Assembly: GCA_963819655.1 (NCBI GenBank)
Contig: CAWFXA010000001.1
Span: 416,001-480,000 of the forward strand
From: an uncultured Chloroflexia bacterium
GTDB taxonomy: Bacteria; Chloroflexota; Limnocylindria; Limnocylindrales; CSP1-4
Length of the DNA stretch: 64,000 bases
Direction: 5' to 3'
Shown: one piece after another, positions 63,864-64,000 of the stretch
Position numbering within the stretch: the stretch's first letter is position 1
Layout: each line of letters begins with the position of its first letter
Made by a program: the position numbers and the translations under genes
The notes under the pieces: generated by a model
Databases searched by the model: none
The model's input: only the letters and a program-made list of their open reading frames with translations
What the model was told of the DNA's origin: nothing

Positions 63864-64000
63864 CGTGTGGCTCCCTGGACGGTCCCCCGAGGACCACGAG
63901 CGCGTCGACCGCCACAGCGCCGTCCGCCGTGGCGATGACCGGGTTGAGATCGACCTCGAGGAGATCGGGACGCTCGATGGCGAGCGTCGACAGGCCCGCG
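63853..64000 (-). CDS. C-terminus of acetate-CoA ligase (ADP-forming) family ATP-grasp protein, partial
   Basis: Manual translation ...PDLLEVDLNPVIATADGAVAVDALVV...; truncated by the window edge. Confidence 0.75.
   Translation of the reverse strand, partial: AGLSTLAIERPDLLEVDLNPVIATADGAVAVDALVVLGGPSREPHDGR

Overview
High-GC (~70%) bacterial DNA. Gene content and apparently leaderless promoters suggest Chloroflexota (Limnocylindria-like) or another Terrabacteria lineage; this is an inference. The first 23 kb are housekeeping and stress genes: an ArsR/SRPBCC operon, a core methionine synthase-like gene, msrB, a non-pyrrolysine MttB, a MacAB-like ABC exporter with a two-component system, an acyl-CoA synthetase-PRT-beta-propeller-MoaD operon, and a MoaD-MoaE/M55 peptidase/degenerate lysine 5,6-aminomutase-alpha operon. 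From about 23.3 to 62.4 kb lies a large exopolysaccharide/surface-glycan locus with ugd, a priming transferase, galE, GT4, GT2, GT39, a Wzy-like protein, a Wzc-like pseudokinase, a deacetylase, an ATP-grasp ligase, several P-loop kinase-like proteins including a GtrA-kinase fusion, three alginate-lyase-like paralogs, a GH99-like protein and large repeat surface proteins. The locus appears to be under c-di-GMP control at two levels: a clear c-di-GMP-I riboswitch (48654-48730, minus strand) and a PelD-like membrane protein with a degenerate GGDEF domain that retains the RxxD site. About ten single-base +1 frameshifts split otherwise intact genes and are probably sequencing or consensus errors. 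No rRNA, tRNA, CRISPR or transposase was seen. All family calls come from motif recognition, not database searches.
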